The translations under genes and the position numbers were made by a program. From Psammoneis japonica (Eukaryota): 48,983 nucleotides of DNA. Under the pieces are notes generated by a model, which was not told the DNA's origin, searched no databases, and saw nothing but the letters and a program-made list of their open reading frames with translations. Positions 45,214-48,983 of this stretch are shown here, one piece after another. Each line of letters begins with the position of its first letter. Positions within the stretch are counted from its first letter, which is position 1. The stretch covers positions 62,001-110,983 of the forward strand of contig QPGO01000240.1 of assembly GCA_008632985.1 (NCBI GenBank), read 5' to 3'.

Positions 45214-47899
45214 ATGAAAAAATTGAGGATAAAACCCGCGGTTGTCTTTTCTTTGTTCTCGCTGCTTGTTTACTACCCGCACACAAACGAGGCTTTGCGA
45301 GATGTGTGCGACGATAGCAAGTGCCGTAGCCCCGGCACAATTTTTGAATTTGATGCTGGGCCCTGGGACCCAACACGCGAGATCCATTTGTATGCGATGA
45401 TGGGTACGAAGTTCGAGACCTCTCTAGCGTAGCTACCATTGAGGATTTGGTAGAGGGAGAGACCTACCGATACTTCACATGCTGTCCGGTTGGAGCAACG
45501 AGCCCAATCATCCCACAAGAACAATGCACGGATCAAGCATGCTCGAGCCCCGACGGAATGGGAGGAACTGATTGCTGGGCAAATGGTCCCTATGAACCAG
45601 AGATGCCGTGTGACTCTAATGTCTATGCTTCCCCCCGTAAGACAGGAGCCTATATTTGGTCAGAGGGTGGGTTGTTCTCACATTACGTGTGCTGCAAAAA
45701 CAGCATCAATAACATCGTCATACCACCGGCTGGTAGTACGTGTGATGAAAGCAAGTGTCTCACTCCGAGCGGAGTTGGAGAGGAGACCATGTGCTTTGCC
45801 CTGGGGGCAAATGCGTGGCTGCCATTTTCATGTGCCGCTGGTTATGAGGTGCAAGACCTTTCGAAGGTGGCCTCCTTTGAAGATCCGGAATCGAACACAT
45901 ATTATTACTATGCATGTTGCCCCCCTGGTATCAAGAGTTCTGTCCTTCAGGAATGTACTGACAAGGCATGCTCAAGCCCCTCTCCCAGATGGAGACAGAA
46001 GGACTGTTGGGCAGATGGTCGCTCCGAGCCCATGACATGCAGCTCCAGCGAATTCGCTTTCCCACGAAAGACAGGGACATATACTTTGTATCGGAGAGAT
46101 AAATATTATCATTACGTGTGCTGCAATACCAGAACAAGGGCACCAACTCCGCGGACGGCGAACCCGACACCACCACCTACCAAAGTACCAACATCTTATC
46201 CAACCGCTTCACCGACGTTGTCTCCAACATCAAGACCCTCGCCGTTCCCAACACTTACACTTACCCGATTTCCAACCGATTCACCAACGGTTTCTCCAAC
46301 GCCAAGAACCTCACCNNACACCCACAAGGTTGCCATCCGACAGGCCCACTACAACTCCTACAATAAAAACTGACATCTCCACCAACGGCAGTCCTTACAC
46401 CAATGCCATCACAATCACCAAACCCTCCTCCATCGCCCTCCCCTTCACCACTGCCAACAACAACGCGTTCCAAAGTGTCCAAAGACATTGGTGAAGCCGT
46501 GGACAAGCCAAAAGTTCCAGCGCCGACGGAAAACGGGAAACTGGGATAGCGTGTTTAAACAATGCTGACTGTATTTCGAATACCTGTCGAACGGTGTTTG
46601 CATGGCCTCATCGAATGCTACCCCCGTGAAGCACAAATATGGAAAGGAGTTTGACAAAATTCAATCAATATCGTGTTTGTGGGTTCAGCGTTTAACTCCA
46701 CAACTCTTGAGACTTGGCGTCAACAAGTCAAAAGGACGTATCGGTTCTTCCGGCAGTATCCAATGTTTGACTGGGGCGTGCATCAACTCAATGTGTTCCG
46801 TGTTGATCCTATCAAGCCCGTTGGATCGTTCTGCGACTTTGGTTGTCTGGATATAGACCGATTGTTATGTTGTGACGTTGAAATGACGGAGAGCCTCTCA
46901 AGCAAATGTTTTTCTGTTGGATCAAATCTGCAAACTTTGGTGATACATAACAGTTTGAAGTACGGCGGAGCAGGATATACGGACGACAATATCGCTGTGA
47001 TGTCGTTGCATGAAGAAGGCTTGCGTGTTGCTGTTCACGAGCTTGGTCATTCGCTATTCGAACTAGGTGATGAATACACTTATGGCACTGGCGTCGATCA
47101 AGACCCCAACTGTGACGCCACAAGAGACTGTTCTAAATGGTCTGATCTCATTGAAAACACACCGACGGGGTATGAAAAGGTGGCATGTGTCCCAGGTTGC
47201 AAGGACGGCAATTACTTTGTTTCTGGGTCAACCCTTATGCGAGCCCTTCGTGATCCTTTAGGGGCAGCGAACACGCGCTTTACCTGTTGTACCTTCCAGG
47301 CGCTCACGAAATCCATGCCATCTTATTGCCGTCCATTCGACATTGCACCAAATTATCTCTTCAACTATTGCCGGGGAAACGACTATCAGCAATATGGTGC
47401 AGCAAACTACGGAACAACCGACTTTCAGCCTTATTCAATGCCTTATTTGGGCCCTCCAATGGAACTCCACAAATACGTATATGTAGAGGTTCCCGTGCTA
47501 GTCAAGGTACAACTAAGGAGAAATGGAAAAGCCGTTGTCAGGGATGATCCAGTTTTGTTGCCATCAGGATTATATCTAAAGAAAAAGGTAAGAGGTGACT
47601 TCAGTCAACGGCGTGATGCGGAAAGAGAAGGAAAGGAATCTTTGTTGAAAGTGAAGATCTTCTATAAAGGTGGAAAGGAGCTGCTGTTGTTTACAACGGA
47701 CACCAGAATCGACGTCCCGTTACTGCCAGAAACAAGTAACAGGTCAATAGTGGATGATGCCCCTCGCCAAGTCACCCGAAAGTCTAAACTGGTTGAGCTG
47801 ATCTTGGACACAGAGGGGCGGAAGATCAGGAGAGTCCGTGGAAAAACAATCCCTACGAAACACACTCAAGCCTCGAACGTTACAGACTCGTACCGGTAG
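45214..47899 (+). CDS. Secreted protein: four Cys-rich modules, Pro/Thr/Ser linker, and M64 (IgA-peptidase)-like zinc metallopeptidase; several frameshifts (pseudogene or assembly errors)
   Basis: N-terminal hydrophobic signal. YGGAG followed by VAVHELGHSLFELGDEY. Frameshifts near 45352, at the NN at 46316, and several between 46530 and 46665. Confidence 0.75.
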
Positions 47900-48218
47900 T
47901 GAAAGTGTGGGGACATCTGGGAAAGCCGATGCAAAATACAACCGAACAACTTTTGTCGGATCTTGCGTTGTGGAGCTTTTCTGTCGGTCTCCAAGACCGG
48001 TCAAAACCACTTTCGATAACTCTCTCCGACTGTAGAAGCAAATAAAAGCCTCACATGAACATGCAATTGTTTATTGTTCATGAAAAAAGTCGGGGCGTTC
48101 ACCCTTGAAGCTAAGGGATCCGATCGGATGGGGTTCACGTGTAGACCGATCCTACTAGACTGTTACTTTCTACCAAGGGAACCATCAAAAAGCCCTTAGG
48201 CCATTTACGATTGTTCGT

Positions 48219-48983
48219 CTACGTGAAGCCATTATGGTCCGGAACCGGGAGCAGCTTCGCGGCTGCGTCTATCTCCTGCTTGGGGCGTCGAACCTCGTTC
48301 ATTGGAATAAGCTCGACAACACTTCGCATATTTGAATGCATGCAGATGCGAAAAATAGCGCTATTCCGGCACCTGCGCAATGTGTGCAACCCAGCCAAGT
48401 CACATGCATGATTCCGTTCGACAATCCCGACCGTTTTCACATCTAGTCTGACACCACATGCATAAACACTCTCGTTTCGATTCCTCCGTGGTGTAGCCAG
48501 CGGTTCCTCTGTTAGACCTAGTGCAAAAAATTCTATTTCATCCAACAATCCAAGCCATACGAGCAATGCGCTTGCCGGTGCGATGAACAAGGCTGCTGCG
48601 CACATTGCTTTGCACGAGCACCTCCCTGCTCCGAGATTCCGACAGGTTGAGAAAAAGCACCACTGCTCAATGAAATCAAACTCTGCAGAAACAAAAAGCA
48701 CTCCAGAAATGAGATTATGACAAGCAGCAGCTCTCACAGAAGAAGAGTTGCCAATGCCACCGGCCAACCCAGCATCATCAACGATCATCTGCCTTGCAAT
48801 GACTTGACTCCCTGTGGTGGCCATTGGTGGTGCAACCTGGAAGGTGCCTCCCATGGAGGATGTCATTGGATCTGCTTCATCTGCCTGATCATTGAATGGG
48901 ATCCTCAAACTTGTCACAGCCAATGTGCCCCATGAACAGGCACTGGAAGCACAGATCATCAAATCTGAGCCAAGATGACAGAG
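48219..48983 (-). pseudogene. Unidentified ORF entering a third hypermutated block at the window end
   Basis: Minus-strand ORF ending at 48219. TA and CG decline from ~48600, and I see no TA after ~48716. Confidence 0.4.

Overview
Eukaryotic genomic DNA, most likely a pennate diatom (diatom-type Ty1/copia elements, short GT-AG introns, a signal peptide plus 'GFAP' plastid-targeting motif). The window holds two complete minus-strand copia LTR retrotransposons (5907-13018, TSD CAGGT, nested in a ~260-bp MITE; 19185-26653, TSD CGGGG). Host genes include two ArfGAPs, UTP7/WDR46, a plastid phosphomannomutase/phosphoglucomutase, a MORN protein, a STAND-type ATPase, a cationic amino-acid transporter and a Cys-rich M64-like peptidase, plus several pseudogenes. 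The main signal is a repeat-localised, both-strand TpA->TpG/CpA hypermutation (A->G at TpA), the reverse of fungal RIP. It appears in LTR-versus-LTR differences, is polarised by systematic Tyr->Cys/His changes in conserved RT motifs (YVDD->CVDD) and a mutated tRNA-Met primer site, and reaches a neighbouring NDH-2 gene. It spares intact genes and two ordinary pseudogenes. Secondary signals are half-tRNA primer sites (one apparently tRNA-Asn) and LTR ends carrying 3 extra nt beyond TG...CA.
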